Positions 56,618 through 64,000 of a stretch of DNA of 64,000 nucleotides are shown here, piece by piece. Both the position numbers and the translations under genes were made by a program. The notes under the pieces were generated by a model, which ran no database searches, had not been told where the DNA came from, and saw nothing but the letters and a program-made list of their open reading frames with translations. The number at the start of each line of letters is the position of its first letter. Positions within the stretch are counted from its first letter, which is position 1. This DNA is from Gammaproteobacteria bacterium (lineage in GTDB: Bacteria; Pseudomonadota; Gammaproteobacteria; DATFLL01). Location of the stretch: the NCBI GenBank assembly GCA_035267785.1, contig DATFLL010000075.1, positions 41,579 through 105,578 of the forward strand. Direction: 5' to 3'.

Positions 56618-57811
56618 ATGGAGACCTTCAAGACCGCCTCGGACGTCCTGTTCGTCCTGCTCGGCGCCATTATGGTGCTTGCGATGCACGCCGGCTTCGC
56701 CTTCCTGGAGCTGGGGACCGTGCGCAAGAAGAACCAGGTCAACGCGCTGGTCAAGATTATTTCCGACTTTGCCGTCTCGACCATCGCGTATTTCTTTATC
56801 GGTTATGCCGTTGCCTACGGCGTGTCGTTCTTCGGCGGCGCCAACGTCCTGGTGGCCGACAACGGCTACGGGCTGGTCAAGTTCTTCTTCCTGCTGACGT
56901 TCGCGGCGGCCATCCCGGCCATCATCTCGGGCGGTATTGCCGAGCGTGCACGGTTTCTACCGCAGCTGACGGCCACCTTCCTGCTGGTGGCGCTGGTCTA
57001 CCCGCTGTTCGAGGGTATCGCCTGGAACCATCGCTTCGGGATTCAAAGTTGGCTCGCCCACACCTTCGGCGCCGAGTTCCATGACTTCGCCGGTTCGGTG
57101 GTCGTCCACGCCATGGGCGGCTGGATTGGACTGGCCGCGGTGCTGTTGCTGGGGGCCCGCCACGGGCGCTATACCCGCGACGGCGCCGTCGCCGCTCACC
57201 CGCCTTCGAGCATCCCGTTCCTGGCCTTGGGCGCCTGGATACTGACCGTCGGCTGGTTCGGCTTCAACGTCATGTCGGCCCAGCACATCGACGGCATCAG
57301 CGGCCTGGTGGCCGTCAACTCACTGATGGCGATGGTCGGCGGCATCCTCGCCGCCCTGGCCGCCGGGCGCAACGACCCGGGCTTCGTGCACAACGGTCCG
57401 CTGGCCGGCCTCGTGGCCGTGTGCGCCGGGTCCAATGTCATGCACCCCATCGGCGCCCTGATTACCGGCGCGGTGGCGGGGGGGTTGTTCGTCTGGACCT
57501 TCACCCTGGCCCAGAACCGCTGGAAGATCGACGACGTCCTCGGTGTGTGGCCGCTGCACGGCCTGTGCGGGGTGTGGGGCGGCATCGCGGCCGGCATCTT
57601 CGGCCTGAAGGCCCTGGGCGGGCTCGGGGGCGTGAGCTTCATGTCCCAGCTCATCGGCACCGCCCTGGGGGTGGTCATCGCCCTGGCCGGCGGCGTGATC
57701 GTCTACGGGCTGCTGCGCGCGACGGTCGGCATCCGCCTGAGCCAGGAAGAGGAATTCGAGGGCGCGGACCTGAGCATCCACAAGATCGCCGCCGAGCCCA
57801 CCTACGACTGA
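56618..57811 (+). CDS. amt: Ammonium transporter (Amt family), second paralog
   Basis: METFKTASDVLFVLLGAIMVLAMHAGFAFLELGTVRKKN ... DFAGSVVVHAMGGWIGLAAVLLLGARHGRY ... GWFGFN. RBS AGGGAG. Confidence 0.9.
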   Translation: METFKTASDVLFVLLGAIMVLAMHAGFAFLELGTVRKKNQVNALVKIISDFAVSTIAYFFIGYAVAYGVSFFGGANVLVADNGYGLVKFFFLLTFAAAIPAIISGGIAERARFLPQLTATFLLVALVYPLFEGIAWNHRFGIQSWLAHTFGAEFHDFAGSVVVHAMGGWIGLAAVLLLGARHGRYTRDGAVAAHPPSSIPFLALGAWILTVGWFGFNVMSAQHIDGISGLVAVNSLMAMVGGILAALAAGRNDPGFVHNGPLAGLVAVCAGSNVMHPIGALITGAVAGGLFVWTFTLAQNRWKIDDVLGVWPLHGLCGVWGGIAAGIFGLKALGGLGGVSFMSQLIGTALGVVIALAGGVIVYGLLRATVGIRLSQEEEFEGADLSIHKIAAEPTYD

Positions 57812-57852
57812 GCGGCCGAATCGCCGGGGCTTCGGGCCGGCCCGCCCGCACC

Positions 57853-57935
57853 GCCGCCCCTGGGGCCGGGGCGGGGGGGGGCCGGTATCGGCCGGTCCGA
57901 GGGGGCCGGGAGCCAGCCGGCCCTCGCGGGGCTGG
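57853..57935 (+). terminator. Cluster of GC-rich hairpins downstream of amt (putative terminator/structured 3' UTR)
   Basis: CCGCCCCtggGGCCGGGGCGG, GGCCGgtatCGGCC and CCAGCCggccctcgcgGGGCTGG are consecutive stem-loops. No canonical U-tract follows. Confidence 0.35.
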
Positions 57936-58003
57936 AAAACGATTAGCGATAAGGGATATTCTAATGCGTTTGCGCTAGACTTATTTCGAGAACCGATTCG
58001 GGC

Positions 58004-59356
58004 ATGGCTCGCACACTCTACATCAAGACGTTCGGCTGCCAGATGAACGAGTACGATTCCGCCAAGATGGCGGACGTGCTGGCGGCCTCGCACGGCCTGA
58101 CGCCGGTGGACGGCGCCGAGCAGGCCGACGTGCTGCTGCTCAACACCTGCTCGGTGCGGGAAAAGGCACAGGAGAAGGTCTTCTCCCAGCTCGGCATGTG
58201 GCGCGAGCTCAAGGCCGCGCGCCCCGAACTCATCATCGGCGTGGGCGGCTGTGTCGCCAGCCAGGAGGGTGAGGCTATCCGGGCGCGGGCGCCCTACGTG
58301 GACCTGGTGTTCGGGCCGCAAACCCTGCACCGCCTGCCGGCGATGATCGACGAGGTGCGTCGCGCGCGCGCGCCGGTGGTGGATATCTCGTTTCCCGAGA
58401 TCGAAAAGTTCGACCGCCTGCCCGAGCCGCGGGCCGAGGGGCCGACGGCCTTTGTCTCGATCATGGAGGGCTGCAGCAAGTACTGCACGTTCTGTGTGGT
58501 TCCCTACACGCGCGGCGAGGAAGTCAGCCGGCCCTTCGACGACGTGATCGCCGAGGTCGCCCAGCTCGCCGAGCAGGGCGTGCGCGAGGTGACGCTGCTC
58601 GGCCAGAACGTCAACGCCTACCGCGGCCCCATGCACGACGGTGACGTCGCCGATCTCGCCCTGCTGATTCGCTACGTGGCGGCCATCGACGGCATCGATC
58701 GCATCCGCTATACGACCTCGCATCCGATCGAGGTGACCGACAGCCTGATCGAGGTCTATGCCGAGGTCCCCGAGCTGGTCGGTCACCTGCACTTGCCCGT
58801 CCAGAGCGGCTCGGATCGCATCCTCGCCGCCATGAAGCGCGGCCACACGGCATTGGAATACAAGGCCAGCGTGCGCCGCCTGCGCGAGGCGTGTCCCGAC
58901 CTCAGCCTCTCGTCGGACTTCATCGTGGGCTTTCCCGGCGAGACCGATGACGACTTCGAGGCGACCATGGACCTTATCGCGGAGGTCGGCTTCGATCACT
59001 CCTTCAGCTTCGTCTACAGCGCGCGGCCGGGTACGCCGGCCTCGGCCCTGGTCGACGACGTGCCGCTGGACATCAAGAAGCGGCGCCTGGCCCTGCTGCA
59101 GGCGCGGATCGGTCAGCGTGCGGCGGAGTACAGCCGCGCCATGGTCGGTACCGTCCAGCGCATTCTGGTCGAGGGACCCTCGCGCAAGGATCCCACCGAG
59201 TTGGCCGGCCGCACCGAGAACAACCGCGTCGTCAACTTCGCGGGCCCGTCCGATCTCATCGGCCGTTTCGTCGATGTTGCCATCGTCGAGGCGCTGCCCA
59301 ATTCGCTGCGCGGCGAGTTGACGGGCGTTGACGATTCGCTGGTCTCCTGCGCCTGA
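58004..59356 (+). CDS. miaB: tRNA-2-methylthio-N6-dimethylallyladenosine synthase
   Basis: [19 protein letters not shown] ... [10 protein letters not shown] ... radical [20 protein letters not shown] ... TRAM domain. Confidence 0.95.
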   Translation: MARTLYIKTFGCQMNEYDSAKMADVLAASHGLTPVDGAEQADVLLLNTCSVREKAQEKVFSQLGMWRELKAARPELIIGVGGCVASQEGEAIRARAPYVDLVFGPQTLHRLPAMIDEVRRARAPVVDISFPEIEKFDRLPEPRAEGPTAFVSIMEGCSKYCTFCVVPYTRGEEVSRPFDDVIAEVAQLAEQGVREVTLLGQNVNAYRGPMHDGDVADLALLIRYVAAIDGIDRIRYTTSHPIEVTDSLIEVYAEVPELVGHLHLPVQSGSDRILAAMKRGHTALEYKASVRRLREACPDLSLSSDFIVGFPGETDDDFEATMDLIAEVGFDHSFSFVYSARPGTPASALVDDVPLDIKKRRLALLQARIGQRAAEYSRAMVGTVQRILVEGPSRKDPTELAGRTENNRVVNFAGPSDLIGRFVDVAIVEALPNSLRGELTGVDDSLVSCA

Positions 59357-59376
59357 CATCCGCCCGCCGTACGATT

Positions 59377-60369
59377 TTGAACGACACCGCCGCCTTTTCC
59401 GATTTCCTGCTCGAGCCCGCCGACAATCAGCGGCTGGCGAACCTGTGCGGGGAGTTCGACCAGCACCTGCGTCAAATCGAGCGCCGCCTGGGCGTGGAGA
59501 TCAACAATCGCGGCAATGCCTTTCGTGTCATCGGCGAAACCAGCTCGGTCCAGGCCGCCGGCCAGGTCCTCCAAGGGCTGTATTCCGAGACGGCGAGCGA
59601 GTCGTTGAATCCCTCGCGCGTGCACCTGTTTCTTCAGGAGGCGGGCATCGAGACGCTGCTCGAGACCGAGGACCGAGCTGTCCAGGAGGTCGAGGTTCAG
59701 ACGCGCCGCGGCACCATCCGCGCCCGCGGCAAGAATCAGCAGCGCTATCTGCACAACCTCGCCACGCACGACATCAACTTCGGTATTGGTCCTGCCGGCA
59801 CGGGCAAGACTTACTTGGCCGTGGCCAGCGCCGTGGAGGCGCTCGAGGCCGAGCGGGTACGCCGCCTGGTACTCACGCGCCCGGCGGTCGAGGCGGGTGA
59901 GCGTCTGGGCTTTCTGCCGGGGGACCTGGCGCAGAAGATCGACCCTTACCTGCGCCCGCTCTACGATGCCCTGTACGAAATGCTGGGGTTTGAGCGTGTG
60001 GCCAAGCTCATCGAGCGCAACGTCATCGAGGTGGCACCGCTGGCCTATATGCGCGGGCGCACGCTGAACGAGTCGTTCATCATTCTCGACGAGGCGCAGA
60101 ACACGACGCTGGAGCAGATGAAGATGTTCCTAACGCGCATCGGCTTCGGCTCCACCGCGGTGGTCACCGGCGACGTGACCCAGATCGACCTGCCCCGCGG
60201 CCAGCCCTCGGGGCTGCGCCACGTCATTGAGGTCCTCAAGGACGTCAAGGGCATCAGTTTTACCTTCTTTCTGGCCAAGGACGTCGTGCGCCATCCCATG
60301 GTGCAGCGCATCGTCGAGGCCTACGAGGACTTCGATCGTCAAAACGGCCGGGACGGCGAGACGCGGTGA
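59377..60369 (+). CDS. ybeZ: PhoH-family ATPase YbeZ
   Basis: [22 protein letters not shown] ... [19 protein letters not shown] ... [10 protein letters not shown] ... [11 protein letters not shown]. Near-colinear with E. coli YbeZ. TTG start. Confidence 0.9.
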   Translation: MNDTAAFSDFLLEPADNQRLANLCGEFDQHLRQIERRLGVEINNRGNAFRVIGETSSVQAAGQVLQGLYSETASESLNPSRVHLFLQEAGIETLLETEDRAVQEVEVQTRRGTIRARGKNQQRYLHNLATHDINFGIGPAGTGKTYLAVASAVEALEAERVRRLVLTRPAVEAGERLGFLPGDLAQKIDPYLRPLYDALYEMLGFERVAKLIERNVIEVAPLAYMRGRTLNESFIILDEAQNTTLEQMKMFLTRIGFGSTAVVTGDVTQIDLPRGQPSGLRHVIEVLKDVKGISFTFFLAKDVVRHPMVQRIVEAYEDFDRQNGRDGETR

Positions 60370-60899
60370 GCGCGCATGTCGAGGTGCAGCGGGCGGCGAA
60401 GGCCCCGGCGGGCATACTGCCCGAGGATGCCGATTTTGCCCGGTGGGTCGAGGTCGCGCTGACCACGGGGCGCGCCGCGGCGGGCGGGCTCGATGCGGCC
60501 GACAAGGCTTCGGGCGACGTGACCGTACGGCTGGTCGATGCCGCCGAGAGCGCCGAGCTCAACGCCAGCTATCGGCACAAGGACGGTCCGACGAATGTGC
60601 TGTCTTTTCCCTTCGAGCTGCCCCCGGGCGTGCCGGCGGCCGAGGCCGGGTTGTCACTGCTCGGCGACTTGGTGATCTGCGTGCCGGTGGTCGAGCGAGA
60701 GGCCAGGGCGCAGGGAAAACCCGAGCGGGCACACTGGGTCCACCTGGTGGTGCACGGCACTTTGCATCTGTTGGGGTTCGACCATATAGAGCCGGCCGAT
60801 GCCGAACGAATGGAAGCGCTTGAAATTGAAATATTGGACGCCTTAGGCTATCCGAATCCCTATCTTGAATCAGACCACGATGAACGACGATCGACCTAG
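60366..60899 (+). CDS. ybeY: Endoribonuclease YbeY (rRNA maturation factor)
   Basis: [15 protein letters not shown] is the metal-binding motif. GTG start overlaps the ybeZ stop (GTGA). Confidence 0.9.
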   Translation: MSAHVEVQRAAKAPAGILPEDADFARWVEVALTTGRAAAGGLDAADKASGDVTVRLVDAAESAELNASYRHKDGPTNVLSFPFELPPGVPAAEAGLSLLGDLVICVPVVEREARAQGKPERAHWVHLVVHGTLHLLGFDHIEPADAERMEALEIEILDALGYPNPYLESDHDERRST

Positions 60900-61848
60900 T
60901 CGCGGTTCTGCCGAGGACGGCAGAACACAAGAAGGCAAGTCGTCCGGCCGCACCTGGTTGGAACGGCTTACCCAGGCCCTGCTGGGCGAACCCAAGGACC
61001 GGGAACAGCTAGTCGAACAACTGCGCGAGGCGCAGCAGCGCGACCTCCTCGACTCCGATGCCCTGGGGATGATCGAGGGTGTGCTCCAGGTCTCGGAGAT
61101 GCAGGTGCGCGACATCATGATCCCGCGCTCGCAGATGGTCGTGGTCGAGCGCGACGCGCGTCCCGAGGACATCCTGCCCATCCTGATCGAATCACAGCAT
61201 TCGCGCTTTCCGGTCATCGGCGAGAATCGGGACGAGGTGGTCGGTATTCTGCTCGCCAAGGATCTCTTGGCCTATTTCGCCCAAGGCAGCCCCGGCGGTG
61301 GCAACGGCTCGTTCAATATCCGCGATGTGCTCCGCCCGGCGGCCTTCATCCCCGAGAGCAAGCGGCTCAACGTTCTGCTCAAGGAATTCCGCGCCAGCCG
61401 CAACCACATCGCGATCGTCGTCGACGAGTACGGCGGGGTGGCCGGCCTGGTCACGATCGAGGACGTGCTCGAGCAGATCGTCGGGGAGATCGAGGATGAG
61501 CACGACGTCGAGGAAGACGCCTACATCATGGATCACGGCGGCAACCACTACACGGTCAAGGCGCTGACCCCCATCGAGGATTTCAACGAGTACTTCGGCG
61601 CCGATTTCAGCGACAAGGAGTTCGACACCATCGGCGGTCTGTTGTTGAACGGCTTCGGTCACCTGCCCAAGCGCGGTGAGACCATCGACCTCGGACGGTT
61701 CCATTTCCGCGTGTTGCGTGCCGACAATCGGCGCATCTACCTGCTGGCGGCCTCGGTACGCACGCCCGAGGAGGTCCTGGCGCAGGCCACGGCCGATGCC
61801 GGCGTCGGCGGCGGGGACACGGGTTCGGGCTCGCCCGCCAGTGGTTGA
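60880..61848 (+). CDS. corC: CorC/HlyC-family transporter-associated protein (tandem CBS plus CorC_HlyC domain)
   Basis: [39 protein letters not shown] ... [37 protein letters not shown] at 60880 overlaps the ybeY 3' end. Confidence 0.85.
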   Translation: MNDDRPSRGSAEDGRTQEGKSSGRTWLERLTQALLGEPKDREQLVEQLREAQQRDLLDSDALGMIEGVLQVSEMQVRDIMIPRSQMVVVERDARPEDILPILIESQHSRFPVIGENRDEVVGILLAKDLLAYFAQGSPGGGNGSFNIRDVLRPAAFIPESKRLNVLLKEFRASRNHIAIVVDEYGGVAGLVTIEDVLEQIVGEIEDEHDVEEDAYIMDHGGNHYTVKALTPIEDFNEYFGADFSDKEFDTIGGLLLNGFGHLPKRGETIDLGRFHFRVLRADNRRIYLLAASVRTPEEVLAQATADAGVGGGDTGSGSPASG

Positions 61849-61849
61849 T

Positions 61850-63454
61850 ATGGAGGGCGCCCGGCCCGGCGCGTCGAATCCGCCCGGGCGGTGGGGACGG
61901 TGGTCTGCCAGTCCCTGGGCCTATCTCTGGGCCCTGCTTGCCGGCGGCGTGGTACCGCTGGCCTTTGCACCGTTCGAGTATTTTCCCCTGGCCGTTCTGG
62001 CCCCGGCGCTGCTGTTCGCCCTGTGGCGCGGGGCCGCGCCGCGTCGGGCGCTGGGTCTGGGTTTCGTCTTCGGCCTGGGCCAGTTCGGCGTCGGTGTCTC
62101 CTGGGTCTTCGTCGCCATCCACGACTTCGGCTACAGCGGCGTGGCCGTGGCCTCGATCATCACCGGTCTGTTCGTTGCGCTGCTGGCGCTGTTTCCGGCG
62201 CTGCTCGGCTATGGGCTGGCGGGGGCGCTGCGCCGGGCCGAGCGCTCGGGCCGGGGCGTCGGCGAGGCCGTCGTGTTCCTGCTGCTCATGCCCGCCGGCT
62301 GGACCCTGGCCGAATGGGTGCGCGGCTGGTTTCTGACCGGTTTCCCCTGGCTGGACCTGGGCTATAGCCAGATCGATGCGCCCCTGGCAGGGCTGGCCCC
62401 GGTGTTCGGCGTCTACGGGGTGTCCTGGGCGGCGGCCTTTACCGCCGGGCTGCTGGTATGGATGGCCACCGCATTGGGTCGGCGCCAGTGGCGGGTTCTG
62501 GTGCCGGGTGTGCTCGGTTTGGCGCTGTTGTGGGCGGGGGCCGCGGCCCTGATGCGCGTCGAGTGGACCCACCCGGTAGGGCAGCCTCTGCGTGTCAGCC
62601 TCATCCAGGGCAACGTCGCCCAGGAGACCAAGTGGGACCCGCTGGCGGTGGCGCACCGGGTCAACGTCTACGGGACACTGACGCGTCAGCACTGGGATTC
62701 GGACCTCATCGTCTGGCCCGAAAACGCGATGACCGACTACTATCGCCGCCTGGCGCCGGGCTTCCTGGACGGGTTGGCGGCCGAGGCCCGTGCGCACGAT
62801 ACCGACATCGTGCTGGGGGTCCCCGTGACGGACCCGGCGACCGGCCGTTACTACGCGGCGATGGTGAGCCTCGGACGCACCCCGGGCGTCTATCGCAAGC
62901 GCCACCTCGTGCCCTTTGGCGAATATGTGCCGCTGCAGTCCGTGCTGCGCGGCCTGATCGCCTTTTTCGATCTGCCGATGTCGAGCTTCAGCCCCGGGCC
63001 CGCCGACCAGCCCCTGCTGCACGCCGCCGGCCAGCCCCTGGCGGTGAGCATCTGCTATGAGGATGCCTTCGGAGAGTTGGTCCGCGGCGACCTGCCGCAG
63101 GCGACCCTGCTGGTCAACGGGAGCAACAACGCCTGGTATGGGGACTCGCTGGCGCCGGCCCAGCATCTGGAGATCGGACGCATGCGTGCCCTGGAGACGG
63201 GACGCGACCTGGCGGGGGCGACTACCAACGGCATTTCGGCCCTAGTCAACTATCGGGGCCGGATATTGGCGCGCTCGCCGCAGTTTCGACGCACCGTTCT
63301 GACGGGGAGGCTCCAGCCGCGCAGCGGGGCCACCCCTTATGTGTGGTGGGGCAACTCGCCGGTGCTGGCGGGTTTGTGGCTGGGTCTGCTGGGGCCGTGG
63401 GCCGCGCGGCGCCCATGGACTCAGGGGCGGCGGACGCGGGGGCGCGCCGACTGA
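61850..63454 (+). CDS. lnt: Apolipoprotein N-acyltransferase
   Basis: N-terminal polytopic domain. C-terminal CN-hydrolase with LIVWPENAM, YRKRHLVPFGEYVP and AVSICYEDAF (catalytic Cys). ATG is 1 nt after the corC stop. Confidence 0.9.
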   Translation: MEGARPGASNPPGRWGRWSASPWAYLWALLAGGVVPLAFAPFEYFPLAVLAPALLFALWRGAAPRRALGLGFVFGLGQFGVGVSWVFVAIHDFGYSGVAVASIITGLFVALLALFPALLGYGLAGALRRAERSGRGVGEAVVFLLLMPAGWTLAEWVRGWFLTGFPWLDLGYSQIDAPLAGLAPVFGVYGVSWAAAFTAGLLVWMATALGRRQWRVLVPGVLGLALLWAGAAALMRVEWTHPVGQPLRVSLIQGNVAQETKWDPLAVAHRVNVYGTLTRQHWDSDLIVWPENAMTDYYRRLAPGFLDGLAAEARAHDTDIVLGVPVTDPATGRYYAAMVSLGRTPGVYRKRHLVPFGEYVPLQSVLRGLIAFFDLPMSSFSPGPADQPLLHAAGQPLAVSICYEDAFGELVRGDLPQATLLVNGSNNAWYGDSLAPAQHLEIGRMRALETGRDLAGATTNGISALVNYRGRILARSPQFRRTVLTGRLQPRSGATPYVWWGNSPVLAGLWLGLLGPWAARRPWTQGRRTRGRAD

Positions 63455-63469
63455 CGCGGCGGGCGGCGC

Positions 63470-63982
63470 CTATTTGCCCGCGTCGAAGCGTTTGTTGAAG
63501 ACGGTACCGCCGCACTTGGGGCACGCCGGGATCTGCCCGGTGTGCTCGAAGTGCAGCTCCTCGCCGCAGTTCTGGCACTCCAGAATGCCGATGCCGGTGA
63601 CCTCGCCGGTGTGGCGTTCGTGGATGCGCCGGTCCCATTGGCCGAGCTCGACCCGGCTTTGATCGACCACCGCGGCGAACAGTTCCGCCAGCCGGCTTTC
63701 GGCGTACTCCAGGTCCAGGCTCAACCAGTCGCCGAGCTGGCGGCCGGATTCGGCCAGATAGTCGCCCGCGTCCTCGAGGTCGCGCTGCAGGTAATCGGCG
63801 ATGCGCGCGGCCTCTTCGCGCGAGAGCTCACCGAGCTCGGAGGCCTTCTCCTGGGCGCGGTCCAGGTTCTCGCGCAGGCTCGGCACGGCGCCCTCTTCGG
63901 CCTTGTGCCAGGCCGCGCGCAGGCGCTCCAGCATCCGGTTGTAGGCCTGGACGAATTTGTCGTTTGTGCCGTTGTCGCTCAT
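63470..63982 (-). CDS. Zinc-ribbon-containing protein (DUF1451-like)
   Basis: Coiled-coil N-terminus. C-terminal ILECQNCGEELHFEHTGQIPACPKCGG is a Cys4 zinc ribbon. Confidence 0.6.
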   Translation of the reverse strand: MSDNGTNDKFVQAYNRMLERLRAAWHKAEEGAVPSLRENLDRAQEKASELGELSREEAARIADYLQRDLEDAGDYLAESGRQLGDWLSLDLEYAESRLAELFAAVVDQSRVELGQWDRRIHERHTGEVTGIGILECQNCGEELHFEHTGQIPACPKCGGTVFNKRFDAGK

Positions 63983-64000
63983 GGCATTCCTTCCCGCTGC

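Noticed and set aside
61607-63166. 519-aa minus-strand ORF inside lnt
   Set aside because: Antisense to lnt, which has the CN-hydrolase catalytic motifs.

Overview
This is a high-GC (roughly two-thirds G+C by eye) chromosomal window from what looks like a gammaproteobacterium. The miaB-ybeZ-ybeY-corC-lnt, fabA-fabB, ilvD, ispG, nadA, hrpA, slt and selO synteny and homologies support that placement. I call about 60 protein-coding genes; a few are short ORFs added by hand because the ORF track omits them. I found no rRNA, tRNA, CRISPR array, transposase or integrase. The window starts inside a minus-strand ammonium transporter (amtB, C-terminus off-window) that the ORF track misses. A second amt paralog sits at 56.6 kb. 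Both have recognisable sigma54 -24/-12 promoters, and the second also has two NtrC-like palindromes upstream. Housekeeping genes are interleaved with a dense set of signalling proteins: a GGDEF-EAL sensor, an FHA-adenylate cyclase, a REC plus degenerate-GGDEF regulator, an HDOD protein, and a 1061-aa tandem-cNMP-binding/rhodanese/coiled-coil membrane protein. Several small accessory modules are also present. The most novel-looking one is a four-gene cassette at 38.2-41.7 kb: a HesB/IscA A-type Fe-S carrier, an ATP-grasp ligase, an AmmeMemoRadiSam-type (PFL-activase-like) radical SAM enzyme and a DUF302 protein, with none of the usual AMMECR1/MEMO1 partners. Other loci worth a second look are an orphan VapD (Cas2-like) gene behind an AT-rich tract, a Cfa-like methyltransferase plus FAD-oxidoreductase pair resembling BfaB/BfaA for 10-methyl fatty acids, a NERD-TerB gene pair, and a second DUF302 lipoprotein translationally coupled to a leucine-rich-repeat-variant (LRV) protein. 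All functional calls rest on motif and homology recall from the translated sequence. No database search was run.
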